This document shows, one piece after another, positions 24,200 through 36,584 of a DNA stretch of 64,000 nt; position 1 is the stretch's first letter, and each line of letters starts with the position of its first letter. The translations under genes were made by a program, and so were the position numbers. Under the pieces are notes generated by a model, which worked only from the letters and a program-made list of their open reading frames with translations, was not told where the DNA came from and ran no database searches. Source of the DNA: the human T2T-CHM13v2.0 reference genome, Homo sapiens; assembly GCF_009914755.1 (NCBI RefSeq), contig NC_060948.1. One strand, 5' to 3'.

Positions 24200-27100
24200 G
24201 GGTGCCAGGGCAAGCGACAGCTCAGGCCATCACCCTCAAAGAGCCCCAGGTAAGTTTGAACATTGAGGGCCAGTAAGTGGACTTCCTCCTAGACACTGGC
24301 CCTGCCTTCTCAATTTTAATCACCTGCCCCAGACGACTGTCTGCAAAGTCTGTTACTATCCGAGGAATCTTAGGATAGCTTGTAACCAGGCATTTCTCCC
24401 AGCTCCTCAGTTGTAATTGGGAGACTTTGCTCTTTTCACATGCCTTTCTTGTTATGCCTGAAAGTCCCACACCTTTATTAGGGAGGGACATATTAGCCAA
24501 AGCTGTGGCTATTATCTACATGAATATGGGGAACAAATTACCCCTTTGTTGTCCCCTACTTGAAGAATGAGTCAACTCTGAACTCTGGTCCTTGGATGGA
24601 CAATTCAGAAGGGCAAAGAATGCCCATCCAGTTAAAATCAGGCTAAAAGACCCCACCTCTTTTCTTTATCAAAGTCAATATCCCTTAAGGCCTGAAGCTC
24701 ACAAAGGATTACAAGATATTTTTAGACAGTTAAAAGCTCAAGGCTTAGTAAGAAAATGTAAGCAGTCATTGCAACACCCCAATCCTAGGAATACAAAAAC
24801 CAAATGGTCAGTGGAGACTAGTGCAAGACCTCAGAATCATCAATGAAGAAGTAATTACTTTATATCCAGCTGTACCCAACCCCTATACACGGCTCTCTCA
24901 GATACCAGAAAAAGCAGAATGGTTCGCTGTTCTGGACCTCAAAGATGCCTTCTTCTGCACTCTGACTCCCAGTTCCTCTTTGCCTTTGAGGATTATACAG
25001 AGCACATGTCCCAGCTTATGTGGACAGTCTTACCCCAAGGGTTTAGAGATAGCCCTCATCTGTTTGGGCAGGCACTGGCCCGGGACCTAGGCCTATTCTC
25101 CAGTCCAGGCACTCTGTTCCTTCAATACATGGATGACATACTTCTGGCTATGAGTTTGGAAGCCACATGTTAGCAGGCTACTCTAGACCTCTTAAACTTT
25201 CTAGCTAATCAAGGGCACAAAACATCTAGGACAAAGGCCCAGCTCTGTCTACAACAAGTTAAGTGTCTAGGCCTAATCCTGGCCAAATGAACTGGAGTCC
25301 TCAGCAAAGAGTGTATTTATCTTATACTGGCCTACCCTCACCCTAAGACGTTGAAAAAGTTGAGGGGGGGTTCCTTGGAATCACTGACTTTTGCCAACTG
25401 TGAATTCCTGGATAGAGTGAAATGGCCAGGCCACTCTATCCCCTGATAAAGGAAAATCAGAAGGCAAATACCCACCTAGTAGAATGGGAACTGGAGGTGG
25501 AAACAGCCTTCAAAACTTTAAAGCAGACCCTGGTACAAGCTCCAGCCCTGAGCATCCCCCAGGACAAAATTTATCTTTATATGTCACTGAAAGAGTAGGA
25601 ATAGCTCTTGGAGTTCTTACTCAGACTCCTGGTACAGCCCCACAACCAGTGGCATACCTAAGTAAAGAAATTGATGTAGTAGTCAAAGGCTGGCCTCACT
25701 GTTTATCGGTGGTTGCAGCAGTAGCCATCTTAGTGTCAGAGGCTGTTAAAATAATACAAGGAAAGGATCTCACTTTCTGGAACACTCATGATGTAAGTGG
25801 TATATTAAATGCTAAAGGAAGTCTGTGGCTGTCAGATAGTGGACTACTTAAATACCAGGCGCCACTCCTTGAGTACCAGTATTTCAAATATGCATGTGTG
25901 TGGCCCTCAATCCTGCCACTTTTCTCCCAGAGGGTGAGGAACCAATTGAGTATGACTGCCAACAAATTTTAGCTCATACTTTTGCCACCCGAAAAGATCT
26001 CTTAGAAGTCCCCTTAACTAACCCTGACCTTAATCTGTACTCTGATGGAAGTTCATTTGTAGAAAATTGGGTACAAAAGGCAGGCTATGCCATAGTTAGT
26101 GATACAGCAGTACTTGAAAATAAACTTCTTCCTCTAGGGACCAGTGCTCAGTTAGCAGAATTCATTGTGCTAATCTGAGCCTTAGAACTGGGAGAAGAAG
26201 AAAGCATAAATGTATACACAGATAGCAAGTATGCTTTTCTAGTCTTACATGCACATGCTGCAATATGGAAAGAAAGAGAGTTCTTAACCTCCGGAGGAAC
26301 ACCTATTAAATACCACAGATAAATCATGGAATTAATGCACACAGTGCAAAAACCTAAAGAGGTGGCAGTTTTACACTGCTGGGGCCATCAGAAAGGTGAA
26401 GGAGAAGAAGCAGAAGGAAAGTACCAAACAGAGTCTGAGGCCAAAATTGCTGCCAGGCAGGAGTTTCCTTCAGAAATGCCCAAGGAAGGACACCTGGTAT
26501 GGAGAAACCTCCCTCCAGGAGGTTAAGCCCCAGTACTCTCCAACTGAAATAGAATGGGGACTTTCACAAGGACATAGTTTTCTCCCGTCGGGGTGGCTAA
26601 TAACATAGGAAGGAAAGGTGCTCATACCTGAAGCCAGCCACTGGAAAATACTTAAAACCTTTCACCAAACTTTTCATACTGTTATTGAAAGTACCCATAA
26701 CATGACCACGTCTCTATTTACAGGGCCAAACCTCCTCAAAACCATCAGGCAAGTAGTCAAAGCCTGTGAAATGTGCCAAAAGAACAACCCCTTGGCCCAC
26801 TGTAAGGCCTCTCCAGGAGGACAAAGAACAGGACATTATCCCAGAGAGGACTGGCAGTTAGATTTTACCCATATGCCAAACCCAAGAGAATTTCAATACT
26901 TATTGGTCTGGGTTGATACCTTTACAAATTGAGTAGAAGCCTTCCCTTGTAGAATAGAGAAGGTCCAAGAAGTGGTTAAAGTCTTAGTTCATGAAATAAT
27001 TCCTAGATTTGGACTTCCCATAGCTTATAGAGTGACAATTGTCCAGCTTTTAAAGCTACAACAACTTAAGGAATTTCCAAGGCACTAGGAATACAATATC

Positions 27101-27767
27101 AACTTCACTGTGCCTGGAGGGCACAATCCTCAAGGAAAGTTGAAAAGGCAAATGAAACTCTCAAGAGGCATTTGAGAAAACTAGAGCAAGAAACTCATCT
27201 TGCTCGGCCCACTCTGTTGCCCATGGACTTATTAAGAATCTGAAACTCCCCTCACAGAATGGGGCTCAGTCCATATGAAGTGTTGTATGGATGGCTTTTC
27301 TCACAGATGACCTCCTGCTCAATCAGGAAAAGGCCAATTTAGTAAAAGATATAACTTCTCTGGCAAAATATCAACAAAATCTTAAAACTTTACCTGAAAA
27401 GTGTGACAGGGAAAAAGGAATAGAGATGTTTCAACCAGGAGATCTAGTATTGGTCAAGTCTCTCCCCTCTAGCTCTCCTTCTATGGATCCCTAATGGGAG
27501 GAACCATACTTGGTAATCCTCTCTACCCCCACTGCAGTTAAAGTGACGGGAATGGAATCCTGGATTCACCACACCCAAATTAAGCCTTGGACACCTCCTG
27601 AGAAACTTACAGAATCATCAACTCAGGAGTCACAAGTCAGCCAGACCAGCTTCGATACACCTGGCCACCACAAGAGGACCTGCATCTCCTATTTTGGAAA
27701 GGAACACTTCAGACCAGAAAAAATCCTGCAGTTAATCCTGAAGAGGGACTTCTCCTTACCTAAATGA
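24200..27767 (+). pseudogene. pol: ERV pro-pol (protease, RT, RNase H, integrase), disrupted
   Basis: FLLDTG protease motif; LDLKDAFF, LPQGFRDSP and QYMDD in RT; YSDGSSF in RNase H; HQTFH..CEMC and WQLDFT in integrase. Many stops and frameshifts. Confidence 0.93.
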
Positions 27768-27958
27768 GGATCAGTGGGGAAAAAAAAAAAAAAAAAAAAC
27801 CAACATGATCTTTAACTTCTCTCCTTGCTCTCTTTAATGGAAGACTTCTACTGTTTTGTTACATTATTAAGCACGTTTCTTCTATCTGCCTTCCTTGTAA
27901 CAGCAATTCACTCCTTTTTCCCTCCTCTTTCCTGTGACCATTTCACTTACAACACTTC

Positions 27959-29290
27959 ATGATTCCTCTTAGGCTTCCTGTCATCCTCTTCATACTCGTG
28001 TCCCTTTCTCCAACAACAACACACACCCCGTGTCAGTGTGCCTCCCCTGGAGGAGACAACTGGCATTCTATCAGAAACTCTTGCAGATTGGGTAGCCCCT
28101 TCCAAACACCCACATCTTTTGCCACTCATACTTACATGAGAAAAGAATGTTATAAAACTGTTCCTTGGAGCCTGTTTAACACCACCCTTACAAGAATACA
28201 AGAGACCTCTCCTAATAATCCAACCAACTATTGGATGTGTCTCCCCTTGTGTTTCCAACCATATGTCCCAGTCCCTGTCCCCAGATAGTGGAACTTATCC
28301 ACCCCAGTCCTAAACACCACCAAATTAATCGGTCCCATAGTCACCAATTTACCAGCCACAGAGGCCTCAAATCTCACATGCATGAACTTCAGCATGACTC
28401 TCAATAAAAACACCCCCCAATGTCATTCCTGGATGTCAGTAATGTCAGGTTTCACCTGTCTAACTTCAGGCATCTTTTTCATCTATAATAACACAGCCTG
28501 TTGATGCCTAAATAGCACTCCAAAAGAATTATGCTTTCTCTTCTTTATAGCAACTCCCATCTCCATATGCACTGAACAAGAGTTACAAAGTCTCCTTATA
28601 ACACAATCTTGCCACATATGAGCCCTTATTGTCTCTTTTATTGTAGGAGCCAGAATAATAGGTGGGCTCCTATTGGAATTGGAGGCATAACCTCCTCCAC
28701 TCAATTCTATTATAAATTATCACGAAAATTAAATGATGACATGGAACAAATTTCCAACACCCTAGTGACCCTACAAAGCCAGCTTACTTCTCTAGCTGCA
28801 GTGGTCCTCCAAAACCAAAGATCCCTGGACCTATTAACAGCTAAAAGAAGAGGAACCTTCATCTTCTTGGGAGAAGAAGGTTGCTGTTTCATTAACCAGT
28901 CAGCAATCATTACTGAAAAGTTTAAATAAATAAGAGAACGGAAAAAAGTAGGAAAAAGGAGCTTGATCACTCTGAACCCTGAAATATGTTTAACCAATGG
29001 ATACCTTGGCTACTCCCCTTTCTAGGTCCTGTGACACCCATCCTATTTTTACTCACCTTTAGGCCTTGCATTTTTAACCTCTGTGTCAAATTTGTTTCCT
29101 CCAGGATCGAGGCCATCATGCTACAAATGGTCGTACAAATGGAACCTCAAATCAGCTCAAATCACAGCTTCTACTGAGGACACCTGGATTGACACATTGG
29201 AACCTTGACTGGCCTAGAAAGTTCCCCTCTGAAGAACACCACAACTACAGGGTCCCTTCTTTGCCCCTAACAAGCAGGAAGTAGCCAGAA
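27959..29290 (+). pseudogene. env: ERV env (syncytin-1-related), disrupted and internally deleted
   Basis: Signal-peptide-like start, GIGGITSSTQFYYKLS, immunosuppressive-domain-like LQNQRSLDLLTAK, TM region WIPWLLPFLGP, SSRIEA..QMEP. Several stops. Confidence 0.9.
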
Positions 29291-29333
29291 CGACCGCCAC
29301 CCAGTTCTCAAGAGCAGTTGGAGGGTCCTGTTT

Positions 29334-29343
29334 AGAGGGGGGA
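29334..29343 (+). promoter_or_regulatory. Polypurine tract
   Basis: agagggggga just before the 3' LTR TG. Confidence 0.85.
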
Positions 29344-29344
29344 C

Positions 29345-30052
29345 TGAAAGGAGGGGCCGGCTGGGCTTCCTGGATTCAGTAGGGGCCCAGAAAGCTGGGA
29401 AACTCACTGATTTCCTGCATCAGGAATTACCTCAATCCTGGATGAATGATACCGAAGATATAGGCTTAAACTATTCCTAACACCAGGATTTGTTCATGTG
29501 TTTTCTCCCCCAAGAAAGCTATAAACAGGAACAATTTTGCTGTAAGTTTTCCTGTGTCTTCTCTCCCTCTCCGCCTTCCCCTCCCACAAAACTAAAGTAA
29601 AAGGAATGTTAGCTGTCCATTTTTCTGTGATCAGCAGACCTTATCTATGCTCCCAATTCCAATTCCTTGTAAACATGCTTTGTAAAGTTCTGTGATATTC
29701 TGTCTCCTTTGCCATACTGCAGCAAGGTCCTAAAGTAGACAAATCCTAAGTTACAATTCCAGTTTTCCTCAAGATCTAAAACATGCCACAAATTGTTAAC
29801 TGTCTTTGTTTCTTGCTTTGGTAACATTTTCCCGCCACAGGTATTTCCCACCTTAAAGAAATTAGAAGGCATTTCTATAATCTAACTCTGGCTACCTGTT
29901 CAGGATCCCTTCCACGCTGTGGAATCTTTGTACTTTCACTCTGCTCAATAAAGCCTACAGCTTTTTCTATCGGTCTGTGTCTCTATCACTGGCTGCAGTC
30001 AGCTGTCACACTAATTCTTTGGTGTGGCTAGGCAAGAAACATAGAAGTTACA
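29345..30052 (+). repeat. 3' LTR30
   Basis: tgaaaggagg ... aataaagcctacag ... gttaca; intact AATAAA. Confidence 0.93.
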
Positions 30053-30199
30053 ATATTACCACTATATTTATTATTGTGTGTCCATGCATCTTTAATGTTA
30101 AACTCTTGAGGGAAGATACTAGTGTATCTTCTAGTCATGAATCCTAGCACAGCACAACGGCCAGTGACCTAGTGTTTTTACCGGAAACACTTTGGAGAA

Positions 30200-30900
30200 C
30201 CTCATATATATATGAGTATATATACATGGCTGTACCATCTAAGATTGTGTAAGTACACTCTAGGATGTTCACACAAAGACTAAATAATATGTAATATGTA
30301 AATATAATAGATACTAGAATATATATAATAGGCATATTATATATAAAAACATATACATGTAATACATATAATATATAAATTTCTAATATAGAAATATATG
30401 TGTATATTTATTTCTAATATAAACTTGTACTATAATAGAAATATACCTTAAACATGTAATATATGTATATTTATATATATAAATTTTACATATAGTAAAT
30501 ATAAAATATACAAACATACAGTACATAAATATTTACATATATGTAATATATAACTTACATAAAAATAAAATACAACTTACATATAAATAAAATATGTAAT
30601 ATTTATATTACACATCATATTTGTACAATTCTATTTATTATTTACTTTTAAAACATAAAAATATATGTATATTTCTATAATATAAAAGCATTATATTTAT
30701 AAATATAAACATACAATACAGTTCATACGTATTATATAATATCATACACAATATTATCTATATGTGGATATATATTACATTCTCTCACAAGGAGTATAAA
30801 GAACACTATATCATATATATATATATATACACACACACATATATACATATACACACACACATATACATATACACACACACACACACCTGCATATATAGAC
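30200..30900. repeat. TA-rich low-complexity tract with (TA)n/(CA)n runs and a short reverse Tigger3 fragment (about 30226-30285)
   Basis: Visible composition; ggctgtaccatctaagattgtgtaagtacactctaggatgttc is the reverse of the segment near 31410-31455. Confidence 0.85.
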
Positions 30901-31344
30901 CTATTCTGAATTTACCACTACCTCATTAGTTATGGGAAAAAGGGGAGCTTATGGTTACACTCTGGCAAATAGGTTACAAACCTTGTGTTTCTGCTATAAC
31001 TCTCTAGAAAGACAAGCAAGATACAGAGATACAGAGATCTCAGGGGTTGTTGCTACTGTTTATAGGGTGTCACACACAGCCACTTGGATAATGTAAAACT
31101 TGATGTGACTCCCACCTATTAAAGGCCATGTTTTTATTAATGTACTCTAAGCTAGGACTAATGATGGCCCATGATAGAAGACGAATCATATACGCAGAGA
31201 AGCATGTTGGATCCCATGTGCAAAGGGATGCTGACTCCTGTGAGAGAGACCCAGAGAAAAGCTGCCTTGGTTTCTGCACATTGCCAGATCCCATTTCAGT
31301 TACATTTGTTTTTTCTATATGCCTATGCCTATGTGTATGTATAA

Positions 31345-31931
31345 AGAGTCATGTGTTACTTAATGACAATACTTCTGAGAAATGTGTCCTTGTTTGATTT
31401 AGTTCTCGTGCGAACATCCTAGAGTGTACTTATGCAGTCTTAGATGGTACAGCCTACTACACACTTAGGCTATATGGTAGAGCCTATTGCTCCTAGGCCA
31501 CAAACCTGTACAGCACAATACCATGCTAAACACCACAGACAACTGCAACACAGTGGCAAGTACTTGTTCATCTAAACACTGAAAACGTACAGTAAGAATG
31601 CAGCATCAAAAATATAAAATGGTAGCCCTGTATAGGGCAGTTACCGTGAATGGAGCTTGCAAGACTGGAGGTTGCTCTGGGTGAGTCTGTGAGTGGGTGA
31701 TGAGGGGATATGAAGACCTGCGACATTATTGCACACTTTTATTTAACTGGCAACATGCCTCTACACTAGCATGGACACAATCACATGAGTAATGCTTTTG
31801 TGCTACAACCCTAGGAAGCCTAGGACAGCACATTATAATAGGAATATCTGAGGTCCATTATAATCTCATGGAATTCTTATCATATATGTAGTCTGTCATT
31901 GACTAAAATGTCATTATGTAGCATATGACTG
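31345..31931. mobile_element. Tigger3/MER7-type DNA transposon derivative
   Basis: TIR-like ends agtcatgtgttacttaatgac ... gtcattatgtagcatatgactg(ta). Confidence 0.82.
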
Positions 31932-31984
31932 TACATACAAGTGTGTATGTGAATATGCCTATACATCCATGTATATGTGTTTTA

Positions 31985-32515
31985 GAAGTTTCCCATGCCT
32001 GCCATTGAAATAACTACAAACTGGGTGGCTTAAAACAATAAGAATTTCTGGCCAGGTGCATTGGTTTATGCCTGTAATCCCAGCACTTTGGGAGGCCGAG
32101 GTGGGCAGACCACCTAAGGTCAGGACTTCATGAGTAGTGTGGCCAACATGGTGAAACCCTTTCTCTATTAAAATTACAAAAATTCCCCAGGCCTGGTGGC
32201 TCATGCTTGTAATCCCCACTACTTAGGAAATGTAATCTCTCCTGCTGCTGGCAGTTTAAAAATCAAAGTGAGGCAGTGCGTCTCTCCCTCCACAGGCTCC
32301 AAGGGAGGACCTTTCCTGCCTTTCCCAGCTCCTGGTTGATTCAGGAATCCCTTGGCTTGTTACCACATCATTCGAACATAGCTTCCATCTTCAGATCTTC
32401 CATATGTCTCTTTATCCAATTCTTCCTCTCCTTCTGTTACAAAGATACCAGCTGTCAGATTTAGGTTCTGCCATAATCCAGTATTGCTTCATCTTATGTC
32501 AATTATATCTGCAAA
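31985..32515 (-). mobile_element. MLT1 LTR with a nested, partly deleted Alu (32050-32225, + strand)
   Basis: aactacaaactgggtggcttaaaacaa ... attatatctgcaaa; the Alu stops inside its right monomer. Confidence 0.75.
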
Positions 32516-32832
32516 AATTATATAGATATAGATTCATATATATCTCATATGTTATAAATTAATCACAAACATAGGTGTCGAAGAAAGAAAATAATTCCAG
32601 AAATAATGCTGCTGTAGTTTATAGCAATAAAAATATGAGTTTAGAGAACAGAATGCATACAGGCTGGAAGAAGAAATGACTCTCCAACAGAAGGCACTCA
32701 TGGTGGCAAGGGGCTTCCAATCTATTCCCCACCACAGTGATTTCATCTCCAACAGAGTTGATCCTGTTAAGCCAGAGAAGCTTAGGGTTTTATCGTTTCT
32801 TAACTTCCATAATATTTATGTCTAACTCCCCC

Positions 32833-33136
32833 CAAAAAATGATAAAGGGAGTATTTTATCCCACAGAAATACAAACTACCATCAGAGAATACTATAAACA
32901 CCTATATGCAACTGAACTAGAAAATCCAGAAGAAATGGATAAATTCCTGGACACCTACACCCTCCAAATACTAAATGAGGAAGAATTCGAATCCCTGAAT
33001 GTAACAATAACAACTTCTGAAATTGAGGCAGTAACTAATAGCCTACTAACCAAAAAAAGCCCAGGGCTAGAAGGCATCACAGCTGACTTCTTCTAGAGGT
33101 ATGAAGAGGAGCTGGTATCATTGCTTCTGAAACTAT
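32833..33136 (+). mobile_element. Isolated internal L1PA ORF2 fragment
   Basis: [34 protein letters not shown], homologous to about 38780-39090. Confidence 0.88.
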
Positions 33137-33247
33137 CATTGAGGAGGTGTGTGTTTATTATTTGGAATTACAAATGGTTTTGTTTTGTTTAACTCCAGAT
33201 TTATTGAATGCAAATAGCAGCAAATTCTATATTATCAGATATGATAT

Positions 33248-33954
33248 TGAAACAGGATAGTTCCCTGACCCTTTCAGGGGTGGGAATTGCAGTGCACAGG
33301 TGTCAGCAGGAGCGAACCCCACTCACTTGACCCACTGCGCTCCACCCCTCACCTATGACTCCTGAATCCCCAGAGAAGTGTTACAGTACCTTTTTAGCTT
33401 TGCCACCCATGGATGGCTTAAAAGTTAACAGCTCAGTGGAGGGTCAGTGCAACAGCCGTTTGCACTTACACTCTTGGCACCCAAGTCGTCCTGCATCCAG
33501 GAGGAAAGACGTCACACAAATGAATTGAAGGAGGTAAATGTGGGGATTTTATTGATGATGAAAGTGGCTCTCAGCGGGAAGAGAGATAAAACAGTGACAG
33601 AGAGGGAAAGTAATCTTCCCCTGGGGACAGTTGGACTCCTCACCAAAGCTACACTGTCAAGCTGTCCCTGTGAAGTCAAGCTGCATCTCTCTGATGTCCA
33701 ACCGTAGTCCCTGAGGTCCTGCTGCATCTCCTCTTCTCCTTTCTCTGCTTGCTGAGCCTGGGGTTTTTTCTGGGCACAGGAGCAGGATAGGGCAGACAAT
33801 GGGTGGTTTTAGAAAAGGCAACATCTGAGTGGGAAAGCAAGGATGTCAATTCTCACTGTCAGTTTCAGTGTTAGCCTTTTTGGCTTGAGGGTGAGGCCCT
33901 TGCCAGGGACCCACCCTCTTCTACCCAGAATTTACCTGCCTCCTGTTCCTATCA
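33248..33954 (-). mobile_element. LTR1-family ERV1 solo LTR
   Basis: Reverse strand starts tgataggaacaggaggcaggtaaattctgggtagaagagggt; perfect ATAT TSD (33244-33247 / 33955-33958). Confidence 0.82.
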
Positions 33955-35396
33955 ATATTTCATATTTAGTCAGTTACTTCATCTTTTTCACATGATGTGA
34001 GCATAGTAAGACCAGTGACCAAAATGGGCACATTTATATATCTACCTTTATAGATATTTCAATAGGTTATGTTCACAGTGAGCCACCAACTAGAAAACAT
34101 CATTGCAACATTGCACTTGTAGGAATTTGGAGATGTCCTAAGTGGTTAACTCTATTGAAAGGGTCACATAAGTGCATAGGATATTTCTGCTCTCTGATGA
34201 CCTATAGCTATTTAGACAATGTAGATAAATATACAGGCTCAGCCACAACGTGTTCTCAAGATATTTTGTTTGGCAGGAAACTACATTTCAGGGCATTAAC
34301 TACAATGCATGTAACGGGGTGAAATAGTTGAAATGATGCTGAAAGACAAAAGTTTCTGCTGTGCCAGAAACTTTCTGAGCCGCTATAGTTTAGGGCTGTC
34401 TGATTTTGGAATCTTTGATCAATTAAACTCTGTTAAATTTAATATACTGAAAGTTTTTATTTTAACAATAGTATACATATATATATACAGTGTATGTGTA
34501 TATATGTCTGTTTTTATATATAATGTGTGTATATGTGCATATATATCTAGTTTTATGTATATGATTATACATATATAGAATTCTACATATATATTTATCT
34601 GTAAAATGATTCCAAAAATATATAGAAAATACCATATATAAAATTCTGTATGTGTGTGTGTATATATATAATTCTATCTTATATTGTTTTCCTGCCAGCT
34701 GTCCCAGGGTTCATTCCTCTCTTTTGATGGGTCAACACATCCTAAGGTTTTTTTCTTGATTATATTCCTTGGGTACCCTGCAAACTCCTCTGGGGGAAAC
34801 TCCAGCCCTTAGAGCACTGGCTGCTCCTAGCAGTGTGCAGGAGGTGGTGCTAATACTTGGTGTGTTAAACAGACACTACTATGGCTCACAGCCAGTCTCA
34901 GGTGGAGATTCTTGTTCAAATTCCAAAATCAGCACTGAAGGGAAACATAAAATAGAAGTAGAAATCTCATCTCTGAAAAACACTGACTCTCTAGGTTAAC
35001 TCAGGGATCAGGTACTCTTTCTGCTGCCCCTTGTACCATGGAAGGTACATACTATAAAGACAACTTTAAAATATTCTTTTGAACCAAAAATGTAGACTAT
35101 TTCTCTCTTACATGAATATTTAAACAATTTCAAAATTAGTAAACATATATTCAAATATTGGACTGTTTTTGTGTTATTTCGAGTATAATCTTTTCAGATA
35201 TGCTCTTTGATTCTCTCTGGGATATAAAAATACAATTTTATTCACAATCTTGTAGAATCACTTAATAATTCCCATAGTCTGCCCATAGTTTCTTTCAGAT
35301 TTTTCTATTGACTGGATTGTGACACTTACGAATAATGTCCCATTTCTCTCCTTCTTCCCTATATATATAGATAATGTTTGTTTTTCCTTGAGTTAC

Positions 35397-36011
35397 TTAA
35401 TTAAGATATCCAAAATATGATGAAGAGTGGCTAGTTAACTTATTCTCTATTTTTAAAATGTATTTTGCCATTATCATATCTAAATGAGATATTTTGCTGA
35501 TATTCTTGATCAGATTTAGGAATGTCTCTTTCATCTCTACTTTGCTAAACATTATTTTAGGCTGGCAGCCAAGATGGCCGAATAGAAACAGCTCCAGTCT
35601 ACAGCTCCCAGCATGAGCAATGCAGAAGACGTGTGATTTCTGCATTTCCATCTGAGGTACTGGATTCATCTCACTAGGGAGTGCCAGACAGTGGGCGCAG
35701 GACAGTGGGTGCAGCACACTGTGCATGAGCCAAAGCAGGGCGAGGCATTGCCTCACTTGGGAAGTGCAAGGGGTCAGGGAGTTCCCTTTCCTAGTCAAAG
35801 AAAGGGGTGACAGACGGCACCTGGAAAATTGGGTCACTCCCACCCTAATGCTGTGATTTTCCAATGGGCTTAAAAAACAGCACACCAGGAGATTATATCC
35901 CCCACATGGCTTGGAGAGTCCTACGCCCACGGAGTCTAGCTGACTGCTAGCACAGCAGTCTGAGATCAAACTGCAAGTCGGCAGCGAGGCTGGGGAAGGG
36001 GAGACCACCAT
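35397..36011 (-). other. Antisense L1 ORF0 frame, open for 204 codons into flanking DNA
   Basis: ATG at 36011 gives MVVSPSPASLPTCSLISDCCAS..., homologous to ORF0 MAGAPPPASLPPCSLISDCCAS. No stop until 35397. Expression unknown. Confidence 0.6.
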
Positions 36012-36584
36012 TGCCCAGGCTTGCTTAGGTAAACAAAGCAGCCAGGAAGCTCGAACTGGGTGGAGCCCACCACAGCTCAAGGAGGCCTGCCTGTCTCTGT
36101 AGGCTCCACCTCTGGGGGCAGGGCACAGATGAACAAAAAGACAGCAGTAACCTCTGCAGACTTACATGTCCCTGTCTGACAGCTTTGAAGAGAGCAGTGG
36201 TTCTCCCAGCATGCAGCTGGAGAACGGGCAGACTGACTCCTCAAGTTGGTCCCTGACCACTGACCCCCAAGCAGCCAAACTGGGAGGCACCACCCAGTAG
36301 GGGTAGACTGATACCTCACATGGCCGGGTACTCCTCTGAGACAAAACTTCCAGAGGAACGATCAGACAGCAGCATTCACGGTTCATGAAAGTCCACTGCT
36401 CTGTAGCCACCACTGCTGATACCCAGGCAAACAAGGTCTGGAGTGGACCTCTAGCAAACTCCAACAAACCTGCAGCTGAGGGTCCTGTCTGTTAGAAGAA
36501 AAGTAACAAACAGAAAGGACATCCACCAAAAACACCTCTGTACATCACCACCATCAAAGACCAAAAGTAGATAAAACCACAAAG

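Larger units (their letters stand above)
20856..30052 (+). mobile_element. Near full-length defective HERV30 provirus (class I, HERV-W/ERV9-related)
   Basis: Two LTR30-like LTRs, perfect ATAT TSD (20852-20855 / 30053-30056), PBS, gag-pro-pol-env remnants and PPT. Confidence 0.92.

Noticed and set aside
30112-30131. Small hairpin gaagatac-tagt-gtatcttc (similar one at 54543-54568)
   Set aside because: Eight-bp stems are expected by chance.
30200-30900. Long TA-rich tract as a possible array or novel satellite
   Set aside because: No consistent unit or spacer structure; degenerate microsatellite expansion.
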